NCBI GenBank assembly: GCA_965237955.1
Contig: OZ250169.1
Location: forward strand, 2,176,001 to 2,240,000
DNA: 64,000 nucleotides
Direction: 5' to 3'
Origin: Candidatus Marinacidobacterales bacterium
GTDB lineage: Bacteria; Acidobacteriota; Vicinamibacteria; Marinacidobacterales; SMYC01
This document shows, one piece after another, positions 8,972 through 19,058 of the stretch. The notes under the pieces were generated by a model. That model was not told where the DNA came from, did not search any database, and saw nothing but the letters and a program-made list of their open reading frames with translations. Position numbers and translations under genes: made by a program. The number at the start of each line of letters is the position of its first letter. The stretch's first letter is position 1.

Positions 8972-10108
8972 ATGATTGTCGGCGTGCCACAGGAGTCCTA
9001 TCTGGGCGAGCGCCGTGTTGCGATCGTCCCATCGGTCGTGCCGTCGCTTCTCAAAGCCGGAGTGGAGGTGCGCGTCGAGGCCGGGGCGGGCGAGAGCGCC
9101 GGCTTCTCCGATGCCACCTACGAGTCCCAGGGGGCAGGGCTCGTCGCCGACCGTCGAAAGCTCTTCTCCGAGGCGGAGCTCGTGGTTCAGGTTCATGGCC
9201 CGGGGGAGCTGGAGCTTCTGCGCAGGGAGCAGTTCGTTCTGGGGCTCATGAACCCACTGGGCGCGCCCGAGAATGGGCGCGAGCTGGCGTCGGCGGGGGT
9301 CACCGCCTTTGCGCTCGAGCTCCTTCCGCGCATCAGCCGCGCGCAACCAATGGATGTCTTGAGCTCGATGGCGACGGTGGCGGGCTACAAGGCGGTGCTG
9401 CTCGCAGCGGCGGAGCTCGGCAAGCTGTTCCCCATGATGATCACCGCCGCCGGCACCATCACCCCGGCACGGGTGTTCGTCGTGGGGGCCGGCGTGGCCG
9501 GGCTCCAGGCGATCGCCACCGCACACCGACTGGGGGCGGTTGTGCAGGCCTACGATGTGCGGCCGGCGGTCAAGGAGCAGGTCGAGAGTCTGGGCGCCAG
9601 GTTCGTCGAGATGGAGCTCGAGACGGAGGCGGCCGAGGAGAGTGGGGGATATGCCAGGGCGATGGGCGAGGAGTTCTACCGGCGCCAAAGGGAGCTCATG
9701 GACCAGGTCGTGGCCGAGAGTGACGTGGTGATCGCGACGGCGGCGGTGCCCGGCAAACAAGCGCCGGTGCTCATCACCGGCGCGATGGTCGAGAAGATGG
9801 CGCCGGGCTCCGTCATCGTCGACCTGGCGGCAGAGAGCGGTGGAAACTGCGAGCTGACGCGCGCCGGCGAGACCGTGCAAGCGCGCGGCGCGACCATTCT
9901 GGGCCCGGTCAATCTGCCATCGACCGTTCCCTATCACGCGAGTCAGATGTACGCCAAAAACGTGACGGCCTTCGTCGAGAATCTCGTCGACGGGGGTCAG
10001 GTCAAGCTCGACTTGGACGACCCTATCGTGTCGGACACCTTGTTGACGCGTGAGGGGGAGGTCGTGAACCCACGGGTGCGAGAGCTTCTCGGTCTACCCA
10101 AGGCGTGA
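8972..10108 (+). CDS. pntA: NAD(P) transhydrogenase alpha subunit, domain I
   Basis: ERRVAIVP, PRISRAQPMDVLSS, GAGVAGLQAI, VDLAAESGGNCE. Confidence 0.95.
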   Translation: MIVGVPQESYLGERRVAIVPSVVPSLLKAGVEVRVEAGAGESAGFSDATYESQGAGLVADRRKLFSEAELVVQVHGPGELELLRREQFVLGLMNPLGAPENGRELASAGVTAFALELLPRISRAQPMDVLSSMATVAGYKAVLLAAAELGKLFPMMITAAGTITPARVFVVGAGVAGLQAIATAHRLGAVVQAYDVRPAVKEQVESLGARFVEMELETEAAEESGGYARAMGEEFYRRQRELMDQVVAESDVVIATAAVPGKQAPVLITGAMVEKMAPGSVIVDLAAESGGNCELTRAGETVQARGATILGPVNLPSTVPYHASQMYAKNVTAFVENLVDGGQVKLDLDDPIVSDTLLTREGEVVNPRVRELLGLPKA

Positions 10109-10147
10109 TCGCGGTTCGACGAGTCGAGCGACGAAAGGAGAGCTCCC

Positions 10148-10450
10148 ATGGACGCGTTCGTTGCCGCTCTAACCATCTTCGTGCTGTCGCTCTTTGTCGG
10201 CTACGAGATCATAACGAAGGTGCCACCGCTTCTGCACACTCCACTCATGTCTGGCGCCAACGCGATATCGGGGATCACGCTGGTCGGCACACTGGTGACC
10301 TCGGGTGCCCGCTTGAGCCTCGCCACGGAGATCTTCGGGTTTCTCGCGGTGACCATGGCCACGGCCAACGTCGTCGGCGGCTTCCTGGTGACCCACCGCA
10401 TGCTGGGGATGTTCCACCGGAAGGACGAAGATGTCCGGCGCGCTGATTAA
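10148..10450 (+). CDS. NAD(P) transhydrogenase alpha subunit, membrane part
   Basis: LHTPLMSGANAISG, NVVGGFLVTHRML. Confidence 0.95.
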   Translation: MDAFVAALTIFVLSLFVGYEIITKVPPLLHTPLMSGANAISGITLVGTLVTSGARLSLATEIFGFLAVTMATANVVGGFLVTHRMLGMFHRKDEDVRRAD

Positions 10451-11834
10451 CCTCTTCTATCTGATCGCGGCCGTCCTCTTCATCCTCGGCCTCAAGGGGC
10501 TGACCCATCCGCGCACGGCGGTGCGCGGCAATCTGATGGGCGCGCTCGGCATGCTCATCGCCATCGTCGTCACCTTGACCGATCATCGTATCGTCAGCTT
10601 CCAGATCATCGTCGCCGGGTTCGTGGTAGGAGGTCTGATCGGAGCCGCGATGGCCTATCGCGCCCCCATGACCGCGATGCCCCAGGTGGTCGCCGTGTTC
10701 AACGGATTCGGGGGCGGCGCCTCGGCTCTGGCGGTCGGGGCCGCCTTCATGGAGGCGCTGAAAGGGGAGTGGATCGAAGAGATCAACATCCAGTTCACCA
10801 CCGCGGTGGCTATGTCCGGACTGATCGGTGGTGTTGCCTTGACGGGCAGTGCCATCGCATTCGCCAAGCTGCAGGGGCTGGCGCCGGAGCGTCCCGTCCT
10901 GATCGCCGGCCGTCACGCGATCAACATCTTTTTGCTGGTGCTCTCGCTCGCACTGAGCGCCTGGTTGATTCTGGAGCCCGTCTCCTCGCTTCCGTTCTGG
11001 GTCCTGGTGGCTGTGGCCTCCCTGCTCGGAGTCATGCTGGTCATTCCGATTGGCGGCGCCGACATGCCGGTCGTGATCTCACTGCTCAACGCCTATTCGG
11101 GGCTCGCCGCCGCCGGCCACGGCTGGGTGCTCAACAACAGCGTGCTCATCATCGCTGGCTCACTCGTGGGGGCCGCCGGTTTCATCCTCACGGTACTGAT
11201 GTGTCGTGCGATGAACCGCTCGATCGGAAACGTCATCTTCGGCGGCGTCGGTGCGGTCGTGGCCTCCGAGGCGGAGAGCGAAGACATCTACGCCGGTCGG
11301 GTGAAATCGGCCTCCGCGGAAGAAGTGGCTATGCTTCTGGAAGGCGCCCGGCGCGTCATCATTGCGCCCGGATACGGGATGGCCGTGGCCCAGGCCCAGT
11401 TCGCGGTAGGGGAATTGACGCTGCAGCTCGAGAGCCGCGGGGTCGAGGTGGACTTCGCGATCCACCCCGTTGCCGGCAGAATGCCGGGGCACATGAACGT
11501 TCTGCTGGCCGACGCGAAAATCTCCTACGATCGGCTCAAGGATATAGACGAGATCAATCCGACCTTTCGTCAAACCGACGTGGTTCTGGTCATCGGCGCC
11601 AACGACGTGGTTAATCCGCTAGCGCGAGAGGACGATCCGTCGATCCCCATTTCCGGGATGCCGATCCTCAACGTCGACGAGGCGCGTTCGGTGGTCGTCA
11701 TCAAGCGCAGCCTGAGCCCCGGATTCGCTGGCATCGCCAACCCGTTATTTGCCGCGGACAACGCGCTGATGCTCTTTGGCGACGCGAAGAAAGTGGCAAC
11801 GGATCTGGTGGCGGCCCTCAAGGAGGCGAATTGA
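10431..11834 (+). CDS. pntB: NAD(P) transhydrogenase beta subunit
   Basis: IGGADMPVVISLLN, PGYGMAVAQAQ, HPVAGRMPGHMNVLL, GANDVVNP. Confidence 0.95.
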   Translation: MSGALINLFYLIAAVLFILGLKGLTHPRTAVRGNLMGALGMLIAIVVTLTDHRIVSFQIIVAGFVVGGLIGAAMAYRAPMTAMPQVVAVFNGFGGGASALAVGAAFMEALKGEWIEEINIQFTTAVAMSGLIGGVALTGSAIAFAKLQGLAPERPVLIAGRHAINIFLLVLSLALSAWLILEPVSSLPFWVLVAVASLLGVMLVIPIGGADMPVVISLLNAYSGLAAAGHGWVLNNSVLIIAGSLVGAAGFILTVLMCRAMNRSIGNVIFGGVGAVVASEAESEDIYAGRVKSASAEEVAMLLEGARRVIIAPGYGMAVAQAQFAVGELTLQLESRGVEVDFAIHPVAGRMPGHMNVLLADAKISYDRLKDIDEINPTFRQTDVVLVIGANDVVNPLAREDDPSIPISGMPILNVDEARSVVVIKRSLSPGFAGIANPLFAADNALMLFGDAKKVATDLVAALKEAN

Positions 11835-11839
11835 GCCGC

Positions 11840-12045
11840 AGTTTGTTGTGCTTCGATAGAACCGTGCGCACGAGGGCGCGGGTTACCAGGCAGCTGTGCA
11901 GGTCTTTCTCGAAGCGGTACCGGTCTCGCTGGTTGCGCTCGTCCTCCGTGAGAATCGCGTCGTAGGCGCGGAGGAGCTTCTCGTCGCGAATCTCGTCGGG
12001 GCGGACGACCCAGAGATGCGCTTCGCGATCACCGATTTTCGTACT
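11840..12045 (-). pseudogene. truncated 4'-phosphopantetheinyl transferase (Sfp-type N-terminus)
   Basis: Manual translation EAHLWVVRPDEIRDEKLLRAYDAILTEDERNQRDRYRFEKDLHSCLVTRALVRTVLS, cut off at the pntB end. Confidence 0.7.
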
Positions 12046-12072
12046 TCACCTCGCCGCTGATGATCGTGTACG

Positions 12073-12465
12073 CTAGAGTCGCACCATCACTGCCATGCCG
12101 GCGGCGATCTGAATCGCGCCCGCGACATCGTCCACGCCGAAGACCACATCTCCACGCGTCGTCGTGTAGACCGAGTCGATGTTCACGCCGGCTTCGGACA
12201 TCACCAGCGCGACATCACCGAGAGTGCCGGGCTCGTCGAGTACTTTCAAGACGACGACTTCGCGGATGATGTAATCCGATCCGGCGGCATCGAGCGCGCG
12301 GGTTGCCTCGAGGGCATTGTCGGTCACGAAGTGAACGACGCTCCCGCCGTCACCGCTGGTACCGTAGATGCCGTCGATGTTCACGTCGGCGTCCCCGAGC
12401 AAAGTGCCGAGCCGCGCCAGTGAGCCGGGCTCGTCTGGAAGCTTGACTTTGATCTCGATAGCCAT
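12073..12465 (-). CDS. tandem ACT domain protein
   Basis: Two repeats, LPDEPGSLA..VNI and LDEPGTLG..VNI; RBS upstream of ATG 12465. Confidence 0.85.
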   Translation of the reverse strand: MAIEIKVKLPDEPGSLARLGTLLGDADVNIDGIYGTSGDGGSVVHFVTDNALEATRALDAAGSDYIIREVVVLKVLDEPGTLGDVALVMSEAGVNIDSVYTTTRGDVVFGVDDVAGAIQIAAGMAVMVRL

Positions 12466-12519
12466 CGCCGCTTCCCTCCCTATCGGTGTTACCGCTATTG
12501 TCCGGCAGGACGCCGGCTG

Positions 12520-13008
12520 GATCAAAACTCTTCCGGGAGCGCAAACGCCAAGTAAGCGTCTCCGGACGGTGTGCCCATCTTCCCGCCACCGGCCGCGATG
12601 ACGACGTACTGGCGTCCGGAAACGGAATACGTTGCCGGCGTCGCGTAGCCTCCCGCGGGGCGGTACCTGCCAGCGAATCTCTCCACGCTCGAGGTCGATC
12701 GCGTTCAACGTTCCCCAAGGCAGGATCACGGTTCCTTCGCGACTCGGCGGTGTGAACGGAACACTCGGTCGCAACCGCTCGAGGCGCTCGCGAGCGAACG
12801 CGCGCACGCTGTCAGCGGTGAGCTCTTGTCGCGCAAACGGCGGAGGCTTCGTCGGCACCGGTTGAGTGGGCCACGTCGTTTCACCGGGAAGGTCGGTGCT
12901 TTGTGCGGGTATCTCTTCGATCGGGAACAACGGTTCTCCGGTGTCGCGATCGAAGACGCAGACATGCCCCGACTTCGTGATGTGCGCGACCGCGTCGACG
13001 CCGCTCAC
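12520..13008 (-). pseudogene. PQQ-dependent glucose/quinate dehydrogenase remnant with large deletions
   Basis: [33 protein letters not shown] and (in another frame) [21 protein letters not shown] are juxtaposed. Confidence 0.8.
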
Positions 13009-14006
13009 AAATCTCTAGGCCCCCTCTGCGTATGCCCAAGCACAGGATGCGGCCTATACGACGCTTCGAGCCGCTCGATCATCTCATCGTCGAGCTCGAT
13101 TTCGGTGGCCGCCACGAGCTCTTCCAGCTGCTCGATCTTGGTGCTGCCGATGATCGGTGCATCGACACCGGGAACGGACAGCACCCAAGCGAGCGCAACT
13201 TGCGCGGGCTTCTTGCCGAGCTCGTTGGCAAGCTCGACCACGGCATCGACAACGTCGAAATCCTCGTCGCGGTAGTACATGTCGTCGGCGAACGGGTCGT
13301 CTTGAGCGCGCGTGGTATCGCCCTTGCCTTCGCGACGGCGGTTGCCGGCGAGAAACCCGCGCGCGAGGGGGCTCCAGGGAATGAGACCGACGCCTTGCTC
13401 GAGACAAAGCGGGATCATTTCGCGTTCTTCCTCGCGGTAGACGAGGTTCAGGTGGTTTTGCATCGTCTGAAAGCGATGGTAGCCGTTCACGTCCGCGAGA
13501 AAGAGCATCGTCGCGAACTCCCATGCCGCCATGCTGCTCGCCCCGAGATAGCGAACTTTCCCGGCGCCAACGAGCGAGTCGAGTGCTTCGAGCGTTTCCT
13601 CCATCGGGGTGTGATGATCGAGACGATGGATCTGATAGAGGTCGATGTAGTCGTGTCCGAGACGTCTCAGGGAGTCATCGCACGCGGCGATGATGTGCTT
13701 GCGGGAAAGGCCTTTCCGATTCGGGCCGTCGACGAGTGGAAAAAAACACTTCGTGGCGAGAACGTAGTCCTCGCGATGCGCGAGCTCTTTGAGGATCTTG
13801 CCCGTCACTCCTTCGCTCACGCCTTTCGAGTACATGTCGGCGGTGTCGAAGAAATTGAACCCGAGCTCGAACGCCCGCTTGAAGTGCGAGCGCGCCTCGT
13901 CTTCTGCGAGAATCCAAGGCCTCCACTTGGGATCGCCGTACGTCATGCAGCCGAGACCGAGGCGCGATACTTCGAGGCCGGTCGTTCCCAGTCGCTTTGT
14001 TTTCAT
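13005..14006 (-). CDS. aldo/keto reductase
   Basis: GLGCMTYG, FDTADMY, IDLYQIHR, WSPLARGFL. Confidence 0.95.
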   Translation of the reverse strand: MKTKRLGTTGLEVSRLGLGCMTYGDPKWRPWILAEDEARSHFKRAFELGFNFFDTADMYSKGVSEGVTGKILKELAHREDYVLATKCFFPLVDGPNRKGLSRKHIIAACDDSLRRLGHDYIDLYQIHRLDHHTPMEETLEALDSLVGAGKVRYLGASSMAAWEFATMLFLADVNGYHRFQTMQNHLNLVYREEEREMIPLCLEQGVGLIPWSPLARGFLAGNRRREGKGDTTRAQDDPFADDMYYRDEDFDVVDAVVELANELGKKPAQVALAWVLSVPGVDAPIIGSTKIEQLEELVAATEIELDDEMIERLEASYRPHPVLGHTQRGPRDL

Positions 14007-15928
14007 GGACTCTCCTCAGTAGGTACACCCACGGGTTTACCGTACAGATACAAAACGGCGAGGAGGACGGCGCTTCCCATGAGGATCGAGATCCAAGGCG
14101 ACATCCCGTAGGCGGTCGGGATACTCCCCACGATCAACCCCACAAAGGCGACGAGCAGCGCGTAGGGAAGCTGGGTGCGGACGTGGTCGATGTGGTCCGC
14201 GGCCGAGGCCATCGAGCTCAGGATCGTGGTGTCGGAAATCGGCGAGCAGTGGTCGCCAAATACAGCGCCCGCCAAAACGGAGCTGATGACCCCGACGAGG
14301 ATCGTGTCGACGCGTTCCGGTCCGAGTCCCGCGCTCGCGCTCAGCGAATCCGCCAGCGGGATCACCAGCGGCATCATGATCGCCATGGTTGCCCAGCTCG
14401 TCCCTGTCGCGAATGCCATGGCGGCCGCGATGACGAACGACAGCGCCGGAAGCCAAGCGGGATCGAGCGCACCTTCGAGAATCTGGACGAGATAGCTCGC
14501 GGCCTGGAGCTCGGTCGTGGCCGCGCCGATGGACCACGCGAGCACGAGAATGACGATGGCCATCATCATCGACTTCAGGCCCTGAATCCATGCGGCAAAC
14601 GCCTGCGTCAACGTCAACACACGTCGGACCACCGCCAGGAACATCGCGACAACGCACCCGGCGAGAGAAGCCCAGAGAAGCCCGACGTAGGAGTCCGATT
14701 TGCTGACAATGTTGCCGAGGCTCACCTCGTCGTTGGGACCGAGTGCGTTGCGCCCGGTGATGTAAATGCCCCCGAGTCCAACCACGAGAATGGCGACGAT
14801 GGGAGCGAGCCCGTTCAACCAGCTCGACGGCGTGTCGGCGTCGGTTTCGTCTTCGAGATTTTCGGTCGCGCGCTCGGCGCCGTCCCGGTTCACCTTGCCT
14901 TCGAAACGAGCGCGGCGCTCGGCTTTGAGCATCGGCCCGAAGTCGCGATCGGTTGCGCTAATCATGAACGCGAACACAAGCGCGAGCAGGGGATAGAACC
15001 GGTACGGGATCGTCCGGATGAACATCGTGTAGGCGTCTTCGGACGAGCCGATGATCTGGAGTCCTTGATCGATGAGGCCGACTTCGTAGCCGATCCAAGT
15101 CGAGATGAGTGCGGTGCTCGCCACCGAAGCGGCGCCCGTATCCACGAGAAACGACAGCTTCTCTCGTGAGATGCGAAGCTTGTCGGTGATGGGGCGCATG
15201 AGGTTGCCGCGGACGAGAACGTTCGCGTAGTCGTCGAAGAACATCACGAGCGCCATCAACATCGTGGACAGTTGCCCGCCCTTGGCGCCTTTCGCGAACC
15301 GGGTGATGAGCTCGGCGATGCCGCGCGCACCGCCGTTTCGAGTAATGACACCCACCATGCCACCGAAGAGGAAGCTGAAAACGAGGATCTGCGCCTGGCT
15401 CTTCGTCGTGATCGCGTTGATGATGAAGTGCGTGAGGACGGCGAAAAAGCCCGCCAGGATGTTGTAGTCATGGATAAACGTCGCGGCGAGCCAGATGCCC
15501 GAGAAAAGCGACAAGACGACCTGGCGGAACACCAAGGCGAAGGTGATGGCCAAGATCGGCGGAAGAATGCTCAAGATAGCGGGAATCGCGCGCACTTCGG
15601 CTTCCGCGCTCAGCGCTCCATCCTGAACCCGCACGGTGTGCCGGCCTCCGAAGTCGACGACCGCTCCCTCGATGCGAAGGCCGTCGAACGTGCCTCGCGA
15701 AAGACCTGTGATGGAGAGCGTGCCTTCGTAGCCCGAGACCGTGTTGCCCTCCGCGTCGACCGCGATGACGGTGATCTGGAAGGGAATACCGGTCAGAACG
15801 AGACTGGGTGCTTCGATACGAAGCTCGGTCTGCCCCGACGCGACAGCGGGAAGGAGCAACAACAACGGGATCAGCCGCGTCCGAAGCTGACGGCTGATGG
15901 CCGATGGCCGACGGCGCATCAATCGCAT
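14003..15928 (-). CDS. Na+/H+ antiporter NhaC-family membrane protein
   Basis: FFDDYAN, SREKLSFLVD, FATGTSW, GAVFGDHCSPISDTTILSS, HVRTQLPYA; start approximate. Confidence 0.88.
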   Translation of the reverse strand: MRLMRRRPSAISRQLRTRLIPLLLLLPAVASGQTELRIEAPSLVLTGIPFQITVIAVDAEGNTVSGYEGTLSITGLSRGTFDGLRIEGAVVDFGGRHTVRVQDGALSAEAEVRAIPAILSILPPILAITFALVFRQVVLSLFSGIWLAATFIHDYNILAGFFAVLTHFIINAITTKSQAQILVFSFLFGGMVGVITRNGGARGIAELITRFAKGAKGGQLSTMLMALVMFFDDYANVLVRGNLMRPITDKLRISREKLSFLVDTGAASVASTALISTWIGYEVGLIDQGLQIIGSSEDAYTMFIRTIPYRFYPLLALVFAFMISATDRDFGPMLKAERRARFEGKVNRDGAERATENLEDETDADTPSSWLNGLAPIVAILVVGLGGIYITGRNALGPNDEVSLGNIVSKSDSYVGLLWASLAGCVVAMFLAVVRRVLTLTQAFAAWIQGLKSMMMAIVILVLAWSIGAATTELQAASYLVQILEGALDPAWLPALSFVIAAAMAFATGTSWATMAIMMPLVIPLADSLSASAGLGPERVDTILVGVISSVLAGAVFGDHCSPISDTTILSSMASAADHIDHVRTQLPYALLVAFVGLIVGSIPTAYGMSPWISILMGSAVLLAVLYLYGKPVGVPTEESP

Positions 15929-16251
15929 ATTACGTGCTCCAGAACGAGGTCGAAGTGCTCCTCGAGGGCGTCGCGCCACTCGGTGTCGTTGGCGATGGGG
16001 GTTTCGGTCCGCTCGCGCCGTATTCCCCGGTGACGAATCAGACACTCCGGAGTGAGCGTTATCCGGCCGCCGGGTGTCGCGCCTGTGGTGACGACGCGTT
16101 GGGTGAACGTCGATTCGTCGGAGCTCTGACGGTAGCGGCACGCTTCCGCATGATCGCCGAGCCGGCGAGGGGTGAGCGTGCGCAACGTCGCGAGCGTGGG
16201 CTCGGGGTCTACGTCGGCGTGGATACGATCCAGGCAGTCTCGAACGTTCAC
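15919..16251 (-). pseudogene. arylamine N-acetyltransferase remnant lacking the catalytic core
   Basis: N-terminal LDRI..PTLATLRTL joined directly to C-terminal S..S.FTQ....GRITLT...LEEHF. Confidence 0.65.
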
Positions 16252-16319
16252 CGGAGCGCAATTGTAACAGAGGTACTGTAAAATGAGACTTTTCCAAGGA
16301 TGAAGGACCGAGCGGCGTT

Positions 16320-17345
16320 ATGAGCCGGAGCCACCCGTTGCGCATTCTCGCGCTCGTGCACAAGGAGCTCGAGCCACCAAAGAACCCGAACCGCTACCAC
16401 ACGAACGTCGACTGGAAGATGGAGTTCGATGTTATCGAATCACTCGAGTACATGGGTCACCACGTCGAGGTTCTCGGGCTTCACGATGACTTGTCGGTTC
16501 TCGCCGGGGCGATCGAGCGCTTTCGGCCCCAAGTCCTCTTCAACCTGCTCGAAGACTTTCACGGGGTGGCCGTCAACGACCAACACTGGGTCTCGCATCT
16601 CGAGCTCCTGAAGCTTCCTTATACGGGGTGCAACCCACGCGGACTCCTGCTTGCTCGGGACAAAGCGATCGCGAAGAAGTTACTGACGCACGAATCGATC
16701 CCGGCGCCCGGATTCGCGGTGTTTCGACGAGGAGAGCGTGCCAGGAGCAACGGGCGGCATGTGGAGCTCCGCTATCCCCTCATCGTGAAGTCCCTCATCT
16801 TCGATGGGTCGGTTGGCATCTCGCAGGCGTCCGTCGTCGTCTCGGAGGAAAAGCTCCAGGAGCGTGTCCGGTTCGTTCATGAGGACATCGGGACCGATGC
16901 GATCGCGGAAGAGTTCATCGACGGGAGAGAGCTCTACGTCGGCGTCATCGGGAACGAGCGTCTCGAAACGCTCCCCGTATGGGAGCTTCGGTTCAAAAAA
17001 CGGCCCCCTTCGACACGGCTCATTGCCACCGAGCGCGTGAAGTGGAGCGACAAGTATCAGAAGAAGGTCGGCGTCCATAGCGGCAGGGCACGGCTTCCCG
17101 AGGCGAAAGCGCGAGAGGTCCAGGCACTCGCCCGCCGGATCTACCGCGCATTGGAGCTTTCCGGCTATGGCCGGATCGATTTTCGCATGACGGACGACGG
17201 TACGGTCTACTTTCTCGAAGCGAACCCGAACCCGCAGCTCGCCTACGGGGAAGACTTCGCCGAATCCGCGGAAAAGGGCGGCCTGTCCTACGAAGACCTC
17301 ATCACCCGAATCTTGAAGCTCGCGTTCTCAAGGCCGCGGGCGTGA
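16320..17345 (+). CDS. D-Ala-D-Ala ligase-like ATP-grasp protein
   Basis: LPYTG, DKAIAK, YPLIVK, EEFIDGRE, GYGRIDFR, LEANPNP. Confidence 0.85.
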   Translation: MSRSHPLRILALVHKELEPPKNPNRYHTNVDWKMEFDVIESLEYMGHHVEVLGLHDDLSVLAGAIERFRPQVLFNLLEDFHGVAVNDQHWVSHLELLKLPYTGCNPRGLLLARDKAIAKKLLTHESIPAPGFAVFRRGERARSNGRHVELRYPLIVKSLIFDGSVGISQASVVVSEEKLQERVRFVHEDIGTDAIAEEFIDGRELYVGVIGNERLETLPVWELRFKKRPPSTRLIATERVKWSDKYQKKVGVHSGRARLPEAKAREVQALARRIYRALELSGYGRIDFRMTDDGTVYFLEANPNPQLAYGEDFAESAEKGGLSYEDLITRILKLAFSRPRA

Positions 17346-17515
17346 GCGCGAACCGCGTACACGTCGCCATGGGTTTGGGCATTCTCCTGCTCAGCGTCGT
17401 TGAGTGCATCCAGGTCTACCCCGAGCTTCCGGATCCCATGGCAAGCAACTTCGGCGGCGACGGGACTGCGGGAGGTTCCGTCTGCCCAGAACAATCAGAA
17501 AGTCAAGTGCGTTGA
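17342..17515 (+). pseudogene. truncated DUF1648-like membrane protein
   Basis: GTGA-coupled to the upstream gene; hydrophobic helix then YPELPDPMASNFGGDGTAGG, stop after 57 aa. Confidence 0.5.
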
Positions 17516-17555
17516 AGATACTTCAACTGTCAATGTAACCGGTGAGAAAGCGCGA

Positions 17556-18485
17556 TTATTTCGAGTAAAGCCAGTTGAACTCGTCGGCCAACACCGCGCT
17601 GGGAGGAGGGGCCGGGCGATCGAGGGCGTCCGCGAGGTAACGAGGCACCGCGAAACACCCAGGGAAGGCTCGAGGGGTAAGTGCGCGGAGCTCTCCGCTC
17701 AGAGCGGATGCCCGCTCAACGATCGTCTCTGTGGCGGCGGCGTTGAAATCGATCTCGTTCGATGCAAGCACGAAGCCGTACCCGCCGCCGAACGTCAGGA
17801 TCGCCGCGCTGTGCAGAACGACGTGCTGAAAAAGCTTTGAGAGCCCCTGATACAAGGGCGCGATGCTCATACGAGGCATCGCGAGATCGCCGAAGCCGGC
17901 GATGATACCGCCGCGCGCCAGAACCTTTTGCGATAAGGGGAGCACGTTCTGATAGAGACGCACCGCCGATTGATCGTAGCCATCGAGAAGGTCGACTAGG
18001 ATCAGGTCGAACGGTTGCGGTGAGTCCTCGAGGTACGGAAAGACATCCTGGACGAGAATCTCGGCGCGTTCATCGTCGAAGCTTCCTCGATGAAGCTCTT
18101 TCAAATGCTCCTTGCACGCGTTGATGACGAGCGGGTCGATCTCGACCATCACAACTTCCTCGACGCGCGGGTCCCGCAGGACTTCACGCAGTACGAGACC
18201 GTCGCCCCCGCCTTCGATCAAGACACGCTTCGGTCCCGGGTGAAACAGAAGCGGTGGCAGCGCGACGGATTCGTGGTAGATGAACTCATCGATTTCGAGG
18301 AACTCGACGACGGCGTCGAGAAAGAGCCCTTTGCCGAGCTCGGGAACGCTCGCGATCGCGACTTCTTGAAACTCAGACCGCTCGCGATAGATCCACTGCT
18401 CGATCCCGAGAAGGATGTGCCGCCCGCGTTGGAGCTTGTCCAACGATGCCGCGGTCCAATTCTCGGACATCCATGCGCTCGACAT
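17556..18485 (-). CDS. speE: spermidine synthase-like aminopropyltransferase
   Basis: SEFQEV, DEFIYHE, GGGDG, VEID; start uncertain. Confidence 0.85.
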   Translation of the reverse strand: MSSAWMSENWTAASLDKLQRGRHILLGIEQWIYRERSEFQEVAIASVPELGKGLFLDAVVEFLEIDEFIYHESVALPPLLFHPGPKRVLIEGGGDGLVLREVLRDPRVEEVVMVEIDPLVINACKEHLKELHRGSFDDERAEILVQDVFPYLEDSPQPFDLILVDLLDGYDQSAVRLYQNVLPLSQKVLARGGIIAGFGDLAMPRMSIAPLYQGLSKLFQHVVLHSAAILTFGGGYGFVLASNEIDFNAAATETIVERASALSGELRALTPRAFPGCFAVPRYLADALDRPAPPPSAVLADEFNWLYSK

Positions 18486-18783
18486 CGAGCCTCCGTTCCA
18501 ATTCCTCGAGCGCCCGTTGCGGCTTTCCGCCACATGTAAAGATATCCACCGCGGCGTAGCCGTATTCGGGCCACGTGTGGATGGACATGTGTGATTCGGA
18601 AAGAAGCACAACGGCGGTGACGCCGTGTGGCGAAAAGGCGTGAGTGCTCACGTTTAACACGGTGAACTCGCCGCGTTCGCAAGCGGCGAGAAGAGCGTCC
18701 TGAATCAAGTCAAGGTCGTTCAATCGGTTCTGATCTCGAACCCAAAGTTCGGCGATTACGTGCTTACCCAGAGCATTGGTCAT
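18373..18783 (-). CDS. speD: S-adenosylmethionine decarboxylase proenzyme (class 1B)
   Basis: GKHVIAEL, FSPHGVT, LSESHMSIHTWPEYGYAAVDIFTCG. Confidence 0.92.
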   Translation of the reverse strand: MTNALGKHVIAELWVRDQNRLNDLDLIQDALLAACERGEFTVLNVSTHAFSPHGVTAVVLLSESHMSIHTWPEYGYAAVDIFTCGGKPQRALEELERRLDVERMDVRELDRGIVGQAPTRAAHPSRDRAVDLSRAV

Positions 18784-18843
18784 TTCCTCCGGCGATCCTC
18801 CATCAGCCGAAGGCTTCGAGGATATCCTGAATCTAGTTTGCGT

Positions 18844-19000
18844 ATTCCGGGGCATCGTGAACGCAGATTCCAGCCGAAGGTGAACATCCATTCCAAAGCA
18901 TCGTGAACACGGATTCCGGGGATCGTGAACATCGATTCCGGGGAAGGTGAACACGGATTCCAGGCAACGTGAACGCCGGTTCCGGCATCGCGAACGCTCA
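18844..19000 (+). repeat. IS21 left-end transposase-binding repeats (about 7 x 22-23 bp)
   Basis: ATTCC-N-(C/G)GTGAAC units in tandem; inverted copies lie at the right end. Confidence 0.85.
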
Positions 19001-19058
19001 TCGATAGCACGTTTCAAGGCAACTCTAGGTCGTACCCGGAAGGAGGACGATCTAGGAA

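Noticed and set aside
12073-13008. PQQ dehydrogenase-ACT fusion protein
   Set aside because: Read-through from a frameshifted remnant; the ACT gene has its own RBS and ATG
14003-16363. 786-aa antiporter with a long N-terminal extension
   Set aside because: The extension overlaps the acetyltransferase remnant; the signal-like start is near 15928
18844-19000. CRISPR-like array of ~22-bp repeats
   Set aside because: No unique spacers or cas genes; the repeats lie inside the IS21 end and recur inverted at the other end
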